A stretch of DNA of 64,000 nt from Octopus vulgaris (lineage: Eukaryota): positions 22,072,001 through 22,136,000 of the forward strand of contig OX597824.1 of the NCBI GenBank assembly GCA_951406725.2. The letters run 5' to 3'. The notes beneath the pieces were generated by a model, which made no database searches, was not told the DNA's origin, and worked only from the letters and a program-made list of their open reading frames with translations. The translations under genes and the position numbers were made by a program. Of the stretch, positions 52,304-64,000 are shown piece by piece (the stretch's first letter is position 1; every line of letters starts with the position of its first letter).

Positions 52304-52940
52304 GCAGTGAGCTGGCAGAATCATTAGCACGCTGGGTGAAATGCTTAGCGGTATTTCGTCTGTCGCTACATTCTGAGTTCAAATTCCGCCGAGGTCGACT
52401 TTGCCTTTCATCCTTTCGGGGTCGATAAAATAAGTACCAGTTACACACTGGGGTCGATATATTCGACTTAATCCGTTTGTCTGTCCTTGTTTGTCCTCTC
52501 TGTGTTTAGCCCCTTGTGGGTAGTAAAGAAATAGGTATTTCGTCTGTCTTTATGTTCTGAGTTCAAATTCCGCCGAGGTCGACTTTGCCTTTCATCCTTT
52601 CGGGGTCGATTAAATAAGTACCAGTTACACACTGGGGTCGATATATTCGACTTAATCCGTTTGTCTGTCCTTGTTTGTCCTCTCTGTGTTTAGCCCCTTG
52701 TGGGTAGTAAAGAAATAGGTATTTCGTCTGTCTTTATGTTCTGAGTTCAAATTCCGCCGAGGTCGACTTTGCCTTTCATCCTTTCGGGGTCGATAAAATA
52801 AGTACCAGTTACACACTGGGGTCGATATATTCGACTTAATCCGTTTGTCTGTCCTTGTTTGTCCTCTCTGTGTTTAGCCCCTTGTGGGTAGTAAAGAAAT
52901 AGGTATTTCATCTGCCTCTGCATTCTGAGTTCAAATTTTG
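52304..52940 (+). repeat. SINE-B tandem array, 184-bp period, about 3.2 units
   Basis: ggtatttc unit starts at 52350, 52534, 52718 and 52902; units nearly identical. Confidence 0.9.
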
Positions 52941-53175
52941 ATCAGTCAAATCTAAAGTGGAACAGCCACATATATATGCGGACGTGTTTATAGAAATACA
53001 TCCACACACAACCCTCATCATCTTTACATCTGATTTTTCCATGGAAGCATGGGTTGGATGAGTACTTTGGGGACAGCATTTGACAGCTGGATGCTAACTC
53101 TGATGCAAGCATTTCTTTTTAATTAAGACGCTTTTTATTTCTTTCGTTTGAGGAACTAACATGTAATATACATAC

Positions 53176-53560
53176 TCTCTCTTTTACTCTTTTACTTGTT
53201 TCAGTCATTTGACTGCGGCCATGCTGGAGCACCGCCTTTAGTCGAGCAACTCGACCCCGGGACTTATTCTTTGTAAGCCCAGTACTTATTCTATTGGTCT
53301 CTTTTGCCGAACCGCTAAGTGATGGGGACATAAACACACCAGCATCGGTTGTCAAGCAATGCTAGGGGGACAAACACACAAACACAAATACACATATATA
53401 TATATATATACATATATATATGACAGGCTTCTTTCAGTTTCCGTCTACCAAATCCACTCACAAGGCATTGGTCGGCCCGGGGCTATAGCAGAAGACACTT
53501 GCCCAAGATGCCACGCAGTGGGACTGAACCCAGAACCATGTGGTTGGTTAGCAAGCTACA
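53176..53560 (-). mobile_element. SINE-A
   Basis: Reverse complement of family consensus, 5' end clipped. Confidence 0.9.
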
Positions 53561-54243
53561 TGTGTATAAACCATTATACATGTCATTGTATTTATAAGAT
53601 GCAGAATATATCTCATTTGCAAGATATAGACCTCACAGTTTCCCAAGTGGTATTAATACTGAGAGACACAGAACAACATGGACAACTATTCATATCTGCA
53701 ACCTTTTAAACTATGTAATAGACGCATTTTATTGTGACAACAGCTCATATATTTTATATATACATATACATATATATATATATATAAATATATGGTATAT
53801 GTATACACATGTGTGTGTGTGTGTGTGTGTGTGAATATTATATAAAGAAACACACACACATGTATATATATATGAAAATGAAATTTATATAAATATATAC
53901 ATATAGAGAGACACACACACAGGTCAGCCAATGCAGATGACGCTTCATAAATACATGTATACTGGTTTTATACATGGATATTACATTTATGTACATGTGT
54001 ACATGGACACTGGTACACACATCTATCTATCTATCTATATATACACACATACATACATATATATATATACACACACACACACATATATATATACACACAC
54101 ACACACATATATATATATACACACATATATATATGTACACACACATGTATATATATACACATACACACACACATATATATATATTAGAGACAGGTATTCT
54201 CTTGCTCAAGAGATTTGAACTTGAGCAGGTTGAGGAGTAAATG

Positions 54244-54365
54244 TAAGGATAAGCAAGTTAGGCAAGTTGATATACAAAAAATATTAAATACATTTAATAC
54301 AAAAAAAAAATGTATGCATGTACATTGGTTTTATTTTTTTATATCAATTTGCCTAACCTGCTTTT

Positions 54366-54370
<5 letters not shown>
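54244..54370. mobile_element. Small inverted-repeat element
   Basis: taaggataagcaagttaggcaagttgatata / tatatcaatttgcctaacctgcttttcctta. Confidence 0.6.
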
Positions 54371-54405
<35 letters not shown>

Positions 54406-54557
54406 GAAATGAAGAAAATGCTGACAAAATAATTTAAGTAAGGGAGAGTGTATTTAATTAGGTGAAAGTTTTTTTTACCGGTTGCGCATTTGTTATGCTT
54501 ATCAAAAGATATTTTTTTAAGAGAGATAGAGTTCCTTTCAGATAGATTTTTTTCTCT

Positions 54558-54613
<56 letters not shown>

Positions 54614-54838
54614 AGGCGAGCTGGCAGAAACGTTAGCACGCCGGGCGAAATGCGTTACTGTATTTTGTCTGCCGTTACGTTTCGAGTTCAAGTTCCACCG
54701 AGGTCGACTTTGCCTTTCATCCTTCCGGGCTCGATAAATTAAGTACCAGTTACGCACTGGGGTCGGTGTAATCGACTTAATCCCTTTGTCTGTCCTTGTT
54801 TGTCTCCTCTGTGTTTAGCCCCTTGTGGGCAGTAAAGA

Positions 54839-54877
<39 letters not shown>

Positions 54878-55830
54878 TCACCGATAGATAAATATAGATA
54901 TGGACATTTATATGTCTGGTTCTCTGTGAGTGCACGCATAGTGACATTGCTCAATATAAAAAAATTATTTATATATATATGAATACACAAACACACATAC
55001 ATACATGGACAGGTCTCACTCACAATGGTGTACGATAATGGTATCAGCATGTGCCACGCCTTTTGCTTTTCTCTAGAGTTTTGTTTTAGGTGCTCATGTA
55101 ATCACAAGGAGACACAGACAATCTCTTGACCCACTCACCCCTGACCGAGAGGAATGCACAAGACATGACAAGCGGAGAAAGAGAGAGAGAGAGAGAGAGT
55201 GAGGGGTGGAGATGGATAAACAGACCGACAGACAGAGAGAATGTTACACAACAGCACATGGCTAGAAATGTATTTTATCATTAACAGAACAATAAAAGTC
55301 AAGGCAGGCATCAGCTGGATTTGAACCCACTATGTAGTAAACATCAACTAATGCAAGCCATTCTGTCTAATAGTACGATCTGCCAGCTAAGTGATATACA
55401 AACAAACACTGTGCCCTGACTCTGGTTTCTCTGTTTACACACACACACACACACGTGTGTGTGAACAGGCTTGGTTCTATGGTTAAGAACTACGCTTCTC
55501 AACCACATGGTTCTGGGTTCAATACTGTTGCGTAGCACAGTATGCAAGTATCTTTTTCTATAACTTCAGCCGACCAAAGTCTTGTGAGTGAATTTGGGAG
55601 AGGGTAACTGAAAGAAACCTATCGTGTATATTATATATTATCATCATCATCATCATTTAACGTCCGTTTTTCGTGCTAGCATGGGTTGGACGGTTCAACC
55701 GGGGTCTGGGAAGCCAGGAGGCTGCACCAGGCTCCAGTCTGATCTGGCAGTGTTTCCACAGCTGGATGCTATTCCTAACGCCAACCACTCTGTGAGTGTA
55801 GTGGGTGCTTTTTACGTGCCACTGGCACAG

Positions 55831-55887
<57 letters not shown>

Positions 55888-55960
55888 TTCTATATTTAAG
55901 AAATGAGGATATATGTACATTATTTACATTTGACGGATACTTGTCCTCATGTTTGTTGTT

Positions 55961-56006
55961 AACACAACATTTCAGCTGATATGCGCTCCAGCCTTCATCA
56001 GGTGTC
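55961..56006 (-). ncRNA. Minimal type-I hammerhead ribozyme motif (third copy, within 55887-56017)
   Basis: gacac-CTGATGA-aggctg-gagcgcatat-cagct-GAAA-tgt-t-gtgtt; flanks homologous to 8752-8890. Confidence 0.65.
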
Positions 56007-56025
56007 TTGGGGAAATTATATATAT

Positions 56026-56142
<117 letters not shown>

Positions 56143-56749
56143 CACACACACATTTAGACACATGCTTATTATCATCATCATGTAATATCCGTGTTCCCTG
56201 CTTGCTTGCATGTGTTGCACTGTTTGACAGGATTAAATGACTCCGAAGACTGTCTCATATAGCCCAGTGCCTGCTTTAGCACAGTTTCAGTGGCTAAATC
56301 ACCCCTCTTAATACCAACCGCTTTACTGCATGTAGTGAGTGCTGTTTTAATGACACTACTGCTAGTGAGGTTGCCATGCAGCCAGCAAGATTAAGTAAGA
56401 CCCCTTTCAACTAGGTGGGGCTACTTGTGAGAAGGAGGCAGTCTTATGTTAGCAGGTATCAGGTTAAACTGTGAAAGAAGGAATCTAGAATGGAGCAGGT
56501 TTTTTGCTGTAGAGGTGCTACATGGCTACTCACATTTTTTAAAGAGGGTGTGGGATCGGATGGGGGGAGGGAGCTGGAATGTGTTAAAAATAGTGGTGGT
56601 TAGTGTTAGGGTGGAGCCGAAGGTAGTGGGGAGAGTAGAATTGAATGGTTACAGGAGAACAGGGTGAGTGGTTTGGTTGCAAAAATGTGTGAGTAAGGGA
56701 TGATTAGAGATGGAAAAGAAATGAGAGGGTGAATATTATGGTGAACAAA

Positions 56750-57680
56750 AATGTGGAGGGATGATCAGTAAGGTAACTGTATGTGATCACTTAATGTGTT
56801 TAGGGTTTGCAGAAAAGGGAAACCCTGGAAGAAATCTCATGAAGTGATGAAGAATGACTTCAGGACCTTGATCCTCATGGAGTAGATGACTAAGGGCCAG
56901 GATGGCTGGTGATATATGATTCTGAAATGATCCACCCTTTTTTGTGAAACTGAGATTTTGGAAACACAGTTTGCGCGTGTGTGTGTATATGTGTGTGTGT
57001 GTGTTTGTGTATTTATATACATATGCACAACCAGGTCCCTTTGTCAGTTCCGTCCTCGAGATATTTCACTAACCATCATCCACCTAACAGCAGTATTCCA
57101 CTGCTGTAATTTAGGGAAGAATAATGTAGGGAAGAGTAGGTGACAACTGTAAAAAATTGGATAGGGTCAAGGGGTGACACATTAAGCAATCAGCTTTTCT
57201 TTATACAACTGCGCTTATCCATATGCGTTGTGTGTGCATACCAGCTCAGTATACTTTCTTGAACACTATATGACTCCTCTTATGCCAAGCTATTCTCTCA
57301 ATACATTTGTACTTCGCCGTCCATGCACACCTATATTGTACATCCAATGGAACATGCCAGCTTCATTTCTTTTCACTCTTTTCAAATCCTCAGTAATCAA
57401 AGCTTATCTCACACTAACATGCAGCATCACAGATCAAACACAAGTGTCACTCAAACTGTCCATCACTCCGAGGAAAAAGAGATTTTTCCCTCAGACACAG
57501 AAGCTCCCCGAATATTTTTTCAAACCCCTTCTACACTGGTTAATGTACTTTTAGAACGACCAGCAGCCCTGCTTATTATATCTCCAAGGTAATAAACGGT
57601 ATCAACGACTTCTAGTGAGCCACCTGGGCATTTAAGAAAATTTACTTCTGGTGTGCTCATAGCTTGTACTACATGAGTAG
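56750..57680. mobile_element. Decayed RTE fragments (about 56750-56930 +, 57200-57680 -)
   Basis: KGKPWKK..EVMKNDFRTL; SLEVVDTVYYLGDIIS. Confidence 0.55.
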
Positions 57681-57726
57681 ATCTGTCACATATGACACTT
57701 ACATACTCTATTATACATACATATGC

Positions 57727-57766
<40 letters not shown>

Positions 57767-58010
57767 GGAAAGTTTACGAAAATAAGCAAAAGACGAAGGC
57801 AGGTGGTGTACAAACAAACAGATGTTTTAGTATAGCGCTCAGGAATAGAAAAAGTCTTTTACGTTTTGAGCCTACGCTCTTCTACAGAAAGATACACAGA
57901 AAAAAACAAGGAGAGAAAAAAACTGTGTGTAGTAGCTAACGATCTATCATGGCGCCATATACATATATAGATATATAAACATGTGCATATGTATATATAT
58001 ATATATATAT

Positions 58011-58119
58011 CCTGCTCGCTTAGCCAGCGGGGTGGCATCATTCGAAGGCTAAAACAATGCGAACGCATTGTGACCAGCGATGTGTAACTACATCTGATGG
58101 ACTGGTCGGTCACGTGATC
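58011..58119 (-). repeat. About 105-bp structured interspersed repeat in (TA)n; second copy at 62920-63023 in opposite orientation
   Basis: The two copies are mutual reverse complements, and both are embedded in TA tracts. Confidence 0.75.
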
Positions 58120-58123
58120 ATGT

Positions 58124-58159
<36 letters not shown>

Positions 58160-58449
58160 AACATACGCATGTATACACAATTATATCATTATCATCATTA
58201 TTAGTTTTAAATTCTCTACTTTTTCATGCTTGGATCAAAAGGAATTCATTGAGGCTAATTTTACTATGGCTGGATGCTCTTACTGTCATCAACCCTAACC
58301 TGCTTCTAAGCAAGGTAATATGTCCACATAGTAAAGCATATTTCTCACGGAAGACTGGAAAGGAACGACAGCTTATATGACGATGATGATAATTTACAAT
58401 CATCAAGTGATGTCTAAACAAGAATACATGTAAAATATCTATCTATCTG

Positions 58450-58488
<39 letters not shown>

Positions 58489-59008
58489 GTGTGTGTATAT
58501 ATATATATATATATACATACAACAGGATTATTTCAGTTACCATCTGTTAAATCCGCTTGTCCAAAGTGCTGTGTGTGCTATGAGAACCTGAAACCATGTG
58601 GTTGGGAAACAAACGTCTTAACCACATAGCCATGCCTACATGTGCGTGGAGACTTACGCATATGCAGAGGCATGGCTGTGTGGTTAAGAAATTTGTTTCC
58701 CGGCCACATGGTTTCAGGTTCAGTCCCTCTGCACAGCACCTTGAGCAAGTATCTTCTGCTATAGTTCTAGGTTGATGAATCTGGCATTTCATATATAAAT
58801 TTGCACACATTTACATATATGAGTATAATTCAAATGTAGATATATGTATATATTCATATATATTCAATGTGTATATATATATATATATATATGTGTGTAT
58901 ACAACCTTATATATGTGCATACATATATGCACACATACACATAAACATCTATATAGAAATACATATATGCAAATATGCACATAGATACACAATTGTACGT
59001 TTCTATAA

Positions 59009-59039
<31 letters not shown>

Positions 59040-59086
59040 CATGTACATATAGAAATATATTTACACAAATATATATGCATGTGTGA

Positions 59087-59132
<46 letters not shown>

Positions 59133-59178
59133 GTATATACACACACACATGCTTATACAGATATATATAAACATATAC

Positions 59179-59317
59179 ACACATGCACATAGATATATGC
59201 ATGTATAGACATTTATTCAAATGCATATATATTATATGTACACTAACACATGCACATAGATATATGCATGTATAGACATTTATTCAAATGCATATATATT
59301 ATATGTACACTAACACA
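59179..59317. repeat. 67-bp tandem duplication
   Basis: acacatgcacatagatatatgc...gtacacta x2. Confidence 0.85.
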
Positions 59318-59479
59318 TACACACAGATATATATATAAATATACGTAAATATACACGTACATATATATGCACATATATATATATATATACATAGATATAT
59401 GTACACATCTATTCATGCATAAACACCTGCCTATTTACATATTCATTTACGTGAATATATCTTTATACATATGCATTCC

Positions 59480-59515
<36 letters not shown>

Positions 59516-59884
59516 TACATAAATGCACGCATACAGATATACACACTTATGTATGAAGCTATATATATTAACACACACACACTGTATATGTATATATACA
59601 AACACTGAAACATCGCTTTATTCATATACATAAATATTACACACGCAAATACAATGAAGGATTTTCCCGTAGTCGGTTGCCAGTTCCGTAAAAACTAACG
59701 TACGTCGAAGCAATTAATCTTAATTAAAAGCACACCAAGAAACTTTACGTATTGTTATATGCGTGAAAAATATTTGAAATTATTTTTCAGACAGACTGAA
59801 TTAAAGGTTGGTTGGATTTAACGAAGACAAACACAAAAATGACTGTAAAAAACTGCTTATGAACGTGTGTTTTTGTGTATTTTT

Positions 59885-59975
<91 letters not shown>

Positions 59976-60137
59976 ACAGAGAAAGATATATATGGAGTAG
60001 AAAGAAGGAAGGAAGGAAAGAAAGAAAGAAAGAAAGAGAGGGTTGTTGTAGCGTTAAAGTTGTAAAAGTGACTCAATGGCAGATAGTTTCGCGAACGGCA
60101 CCAACTTACCAAATATACGTTCATACACAGATTTCGT

Positions 60138-60172
<35 letters not shown>

Positions 60173-60253
60173 CTTATATTTAGAGATACATATACATATA
60201 TATATAATTTCATTTAGACACACACATACACACACGGAAGCTGTGTGTGTGTG

Positions 60254-60301
<48 letters not shown>

Positions 60302-60495
60302 CCGAATGGAAGTACCAAAGTCCAATGTCAACAATTTGGCAACAGCAAAAACAGTGTATGTATGCCAAGTCTTGAAATTGTCAGCATATCGTCTCCAGAA
60401 ATTGGTTCCTCATTTTAGAATCGTATTATTTTCGTTTTGATTATCAATCAGGGCTTCGAACACACACACACACACACACAAACACATAACATAAC

Positions 60496-60575
<80 letters not shown>

Positions 60576-60702
60576 GTAAATATATATATATATGTAAATG
60601 TATATATATATATGTAAATATATATATATATATATATATGTAAATATATATATATATATATGTAAATATATATATATATGTAAATATATATATATGTAAA
60701 TA

Positions 60703-60738
<36 letters not shown>

Positions 60739-60760
60739 TGTATGTATGTATGTATGCATG

Positions 60761-60797
<37 letters not shown>

Positions 60798-61192
60798 ATA
60801 CATACAGTATAGATGCATGCAATTACTGTATTGTTACATGGTGAGGTGATAAAGCGGTGGTTTATAGACCAAACATCTGAGGGTTATCCTAGTTCCTCAC
60901 TTTAGTTTACTTTCAATGCGATACACACTGTATCTATGTTTTTGTTGATTCCCCGTTTTTCGTGCAGGAGAGACAAAACGAGGGCGCAATTAGTCGCGCA
61001 CTTGTTCGTTATTACGTTTATCTTTACACACAGATACACAACACTCAGTAAACACAAACATACATACGTACATACATAGATAGATAGATACATAGATAGA
61101 TAGATACATACATACATACATACACAGACACACGCACACAAACGCATCAGTGTATCATGCTCGAGCACAAGTGCATTGTTGATTAGACTTAC

Positions 61193-61382
61193 CTTCGAGA
61201 ATCCGCAGTCCGTATAAACCGTCGAGGTTAATTCGCTTATAATTCAACCTGTAATATCCGACTAGTTTCTCTAAGCTGTAAACTACATTTTCTAAAGATG
61301 CCCTGGTGGCAGTTCCACAATCGAAAGTCGGGAACAATGCCACCAAGAAGAGCAAGAAGCACTGTCCCGTGGACGCCACCAT
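61193..61382 (-). CDS. First coding exon of a secreted protein, C16orf89/UPF0764-like
   Basis: ATG at 61382 gives MVASTGQCFLLFLVALFPTFDCG (signal-peptide-like) then SLENVVYSLEKLVGYYRLNYKRINLDGLYGLRILE-G. This resembles, from memory, the human C16orf89 N-terminus (LERATVFLEQRLPEINLDGMVGVRVLE). Strong donor GAAG|GTAAGT at 61193/61192, phase 1. Confidence 0.8.
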
Positions 61383-62088
61383 TCTAGCAGCGCTTCCACG
61401 GTTCTTCACTCGCTGCTCTCGCTCTCACTCTCTCACTCCCTTACTCAGTCTGGCTGACTGTCCGTCTGAGTCTTCACTGATTGACTGACTGACTGTATAT
61501 ACTGTGTTGTTAAGCATGTGTTCAACATTATAGCGAGTGGCTCTCTCTCTCTCTGTCACTATCTTTCTCTCTCTCTCTCTCCCTACATCTATCTATCTAT
61601 CTATCTATCTTTTTCTCTCTCTCTCTCTCTCAGTCACCATCTCCTTCTTTCTCTCTAAACGCTCCCTCTTTCGTTCCCCCCATCCTTTTTTTTTTCCCCT
61701 ATGATAGTTTTAATCAGCAGTGCCGGAGTGAGCTTCAAACTCATAAGTCAAGTTTCGCATGAGTAGAAACGAGAAAGAAAAAGAATGACGAACGATTATG
61801 ATAAAAGGTAACAACAGTCGTAAATGAATAGATTGCTCTGGCGGTATGGATGGAAGTTTTTATTGTATTCAGCGACAAATTTGTTCGTAGACTGCTTATC
61901 TCCTCTCCGCTACAGGATTGCGCCGACACCGGCTCCTTACATGAACATTCAGGAATTCTATTTCGCCTAACAACGACGTCTCCACACAACTCGACTGTCG
62001 AATATTAAAGACGACGTTGTTAACAGGATTGTAATGCTTCTGTTTCTCACTGCTCTAGTCACTAACGAACACTCACACACGTGTATAC

Positions 62089-62119
<31 letters not shown>

Positions 62120-62260
62120 GATGCAATCGCGTGCGCGCACTCACACCACACCACACAACACAAACACACCCACACAAATACACACACACGCACGCACACG
62201 CAGATTTACGTATGTATTTGACGAGCCGCTGCCGGTGATACGTCGAAGTCACAATCGATC
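61383..62260 (-). promoter_or_regulatory. Probable 5'UTR/promoter region of the minus-strand gene
   Basis: SINE-free, visibly CpG-richer than the rest of the window, immediately upstream of the ATG; contains (CT)n tracts. Confidence 0.4.
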
Positions 62261-62322
62261 TGCTTTCCTGTTTAAGGAATTGTGTGTGTAATCTATATAT
62301 ATATATATATGAATCGCATGTC

Positions 62323-62374
<52 letters not shown>

Positions 62375-62733
62375 TATATATATATGTGTAGTATATATAT
62401 ATATGTATGTCTGCATGTATGTGTGTGTGTGTATATCTATGTATGTGTGTATATATGTATGTGTGTATGTATGTATGGTCATTAGTGTATTATCGGTGTA
62501 TGTATATATGTCTGCATGTATGTGTGTGTGTATGCTATGTGTGTGTGTGTGTGTAAGTAGTGTGTGTATGTATGATGTGTGTGTGTGATGTATGTATACT
62601 TGTATGTGTATATATGTCTGTCTGCACACACTATCACTTACACACATATTCTGTCTCCCATATAGTATATAGTCTCTTTCTCATACTATGTAAAAAAATA
62701 TTTTTCAAATCAAATCTGTGTATACAACCGTGC

Positions 62734-62765
<32 letters not shown>

Positions 62766-62771
62766 TTATGA

Positions 62772-62851
<80 letters not shown>

Positions 62852-63051
62852 TATATGTATATATATGTGTATATATATATATAAATATATACACACACAT
62901 ATACATATATATATATATATCACCGTGACCGACCAGGCTATCAGATGTTGCTACACATCGCTGGTCACAATGCGCTTTGCATTGTTTTAGCCTTCAAGTG
63001 ACGCCATCCCGCTGGCTAAGCGATATACATATATATTTATATATATATATA

Positions 63052-63111
<60 letters not shown>

Positions 63112-63849
63112 GATATGTATATAGATAGAAGGAGACATGATAAGGGTGGGAGAGAGGGAGAAAATATATCTCAGGGGAGCTTTCAGCACGCAAGATACAC
63201 ATGCAGTAGAGCCTTATTTATATATATATATATTATATGGTGAGTTCAAAAACTTTGATTATCTAAGAGTTTTCATCACAGTTACTTGAAAAAAAATGTC
63301 CCCCAAGGGATGTTTAAAATCTAAAAGAAAAAGTGAAGATCTCTTACTTCTAAGTTTTTGAAAGATAAAGACAATGTGTTTCGTTTTTGTATTTGGTTTT
63401 GCAAGATTTTTGATGTGACCTATGTTGAAACAGATTTTTGTTGTATCTTGGGAGGGTAATTATGCCAATATTATACACACACACACTGGTTCTACTTCAC
63501 TTCCTTATCTTTTTATACAATAGATTAACTAATCAATTGCTTATTTAATTAATCATTTCGTCTGTCATTCCTTAGTTCTTTTCTCACCATTTGTGACTTC
63601 ATCAGTGATGTGTCTGTCCTCTATACTGTAGATCTGCTTCAGGTTTGTCAAACTGATTGACTGAATGATTAATCAAATACCTGATGAGTTAATTGGTTAA
63701 ACAATTAACCAGTTGACTAATAATAAGGCGACAAGCTGGCAGAAGCGTTAACACGCTGTGCAAAATGTTTACCTTCTCTTTATGTATGAGGAGAAGGTAA
63801 AGCTTTTATGCCAGTCATGTTCAATTCATAAATTGTAATCTCTCTCTAT

Positions 63850-64000
63850 AGGCGTAGGAGTAGCTGTGTGGTAAGTAGCTTGCTTACCAACCACTTGGTT
63901 CTGGGTTCAGTCCCACTGTTTGCACCTTGGGCAAATGTCTTCTACTATAGCCTCGGGCTGACCAAAGCCTTGTGAGTGGATTTGGTAGACGGAAACTGAA
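63850..64000 (+). mobile_element. SINE-A 5' part, runs off the window
   Basis: aggcgtaggagtagctgtgtgg...ggaaactgaa. Confidence 0.9.

Noticed and set aside
52350-52940. CRISPR-like regular repeat
   Set aside because: Whole 184-bp units are repeated with no spacers; SINE-derived.
53359-53709. Recurrent ORFs containing SVSVYQIHSQG...[19 protein letters not shown]
   Set aside because: Antisense translation of SINE-A, not a protein family.
63678-63720. CTGATGA followed by a hairpin
   Set aside because: No GAAA or stem III downstream, so not a hammerhead.

Overview
This is AT-rich eukaryotic DNA saturated with microsatellites. The tRNA-derived SINE families (CORE-, Meta- and Nin-like domains) and (TA)n/(CA)n density are characteristic of an octopus/coleoid cephalopod genome (inference). 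The only host coding sequence I can support is a minus-strand first exon at 61193-61382, encoding a signal peptide plus INLDGLYGLRILEG and resembling the C16orf89/UPF0764 family. No downstream exon was recognised, so most of the window is probably one very large intron. The rest is a nested mobile-element patchwork: dozens of SINE copies, non-autonomous Helitrons, piggyBac/hAT/mariner/Merlin-like MITEs, decayed RTE and CR1/L2-type LINE fragments, and a Penelope-like GIY-YIG fragment with an inverted RT piece. Nearly all ORFs in the track are microsatellite or SINE artefacts. The most interesting signal is a set of minimal type-I hammerhead-ribozyme motifs. Two distinct small elements couple a tRNA-like Pol III head to a hammerhead (8752-9605, with a third hammerhead-bearing copy at 55887-56017, and a 302-bp terminally redundant unit at 21955-22330), making them candidate retrozyme-like, Penelope-dependent SINEs. 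All calls were made by eye; coordinates of decayed repeats are approximate.
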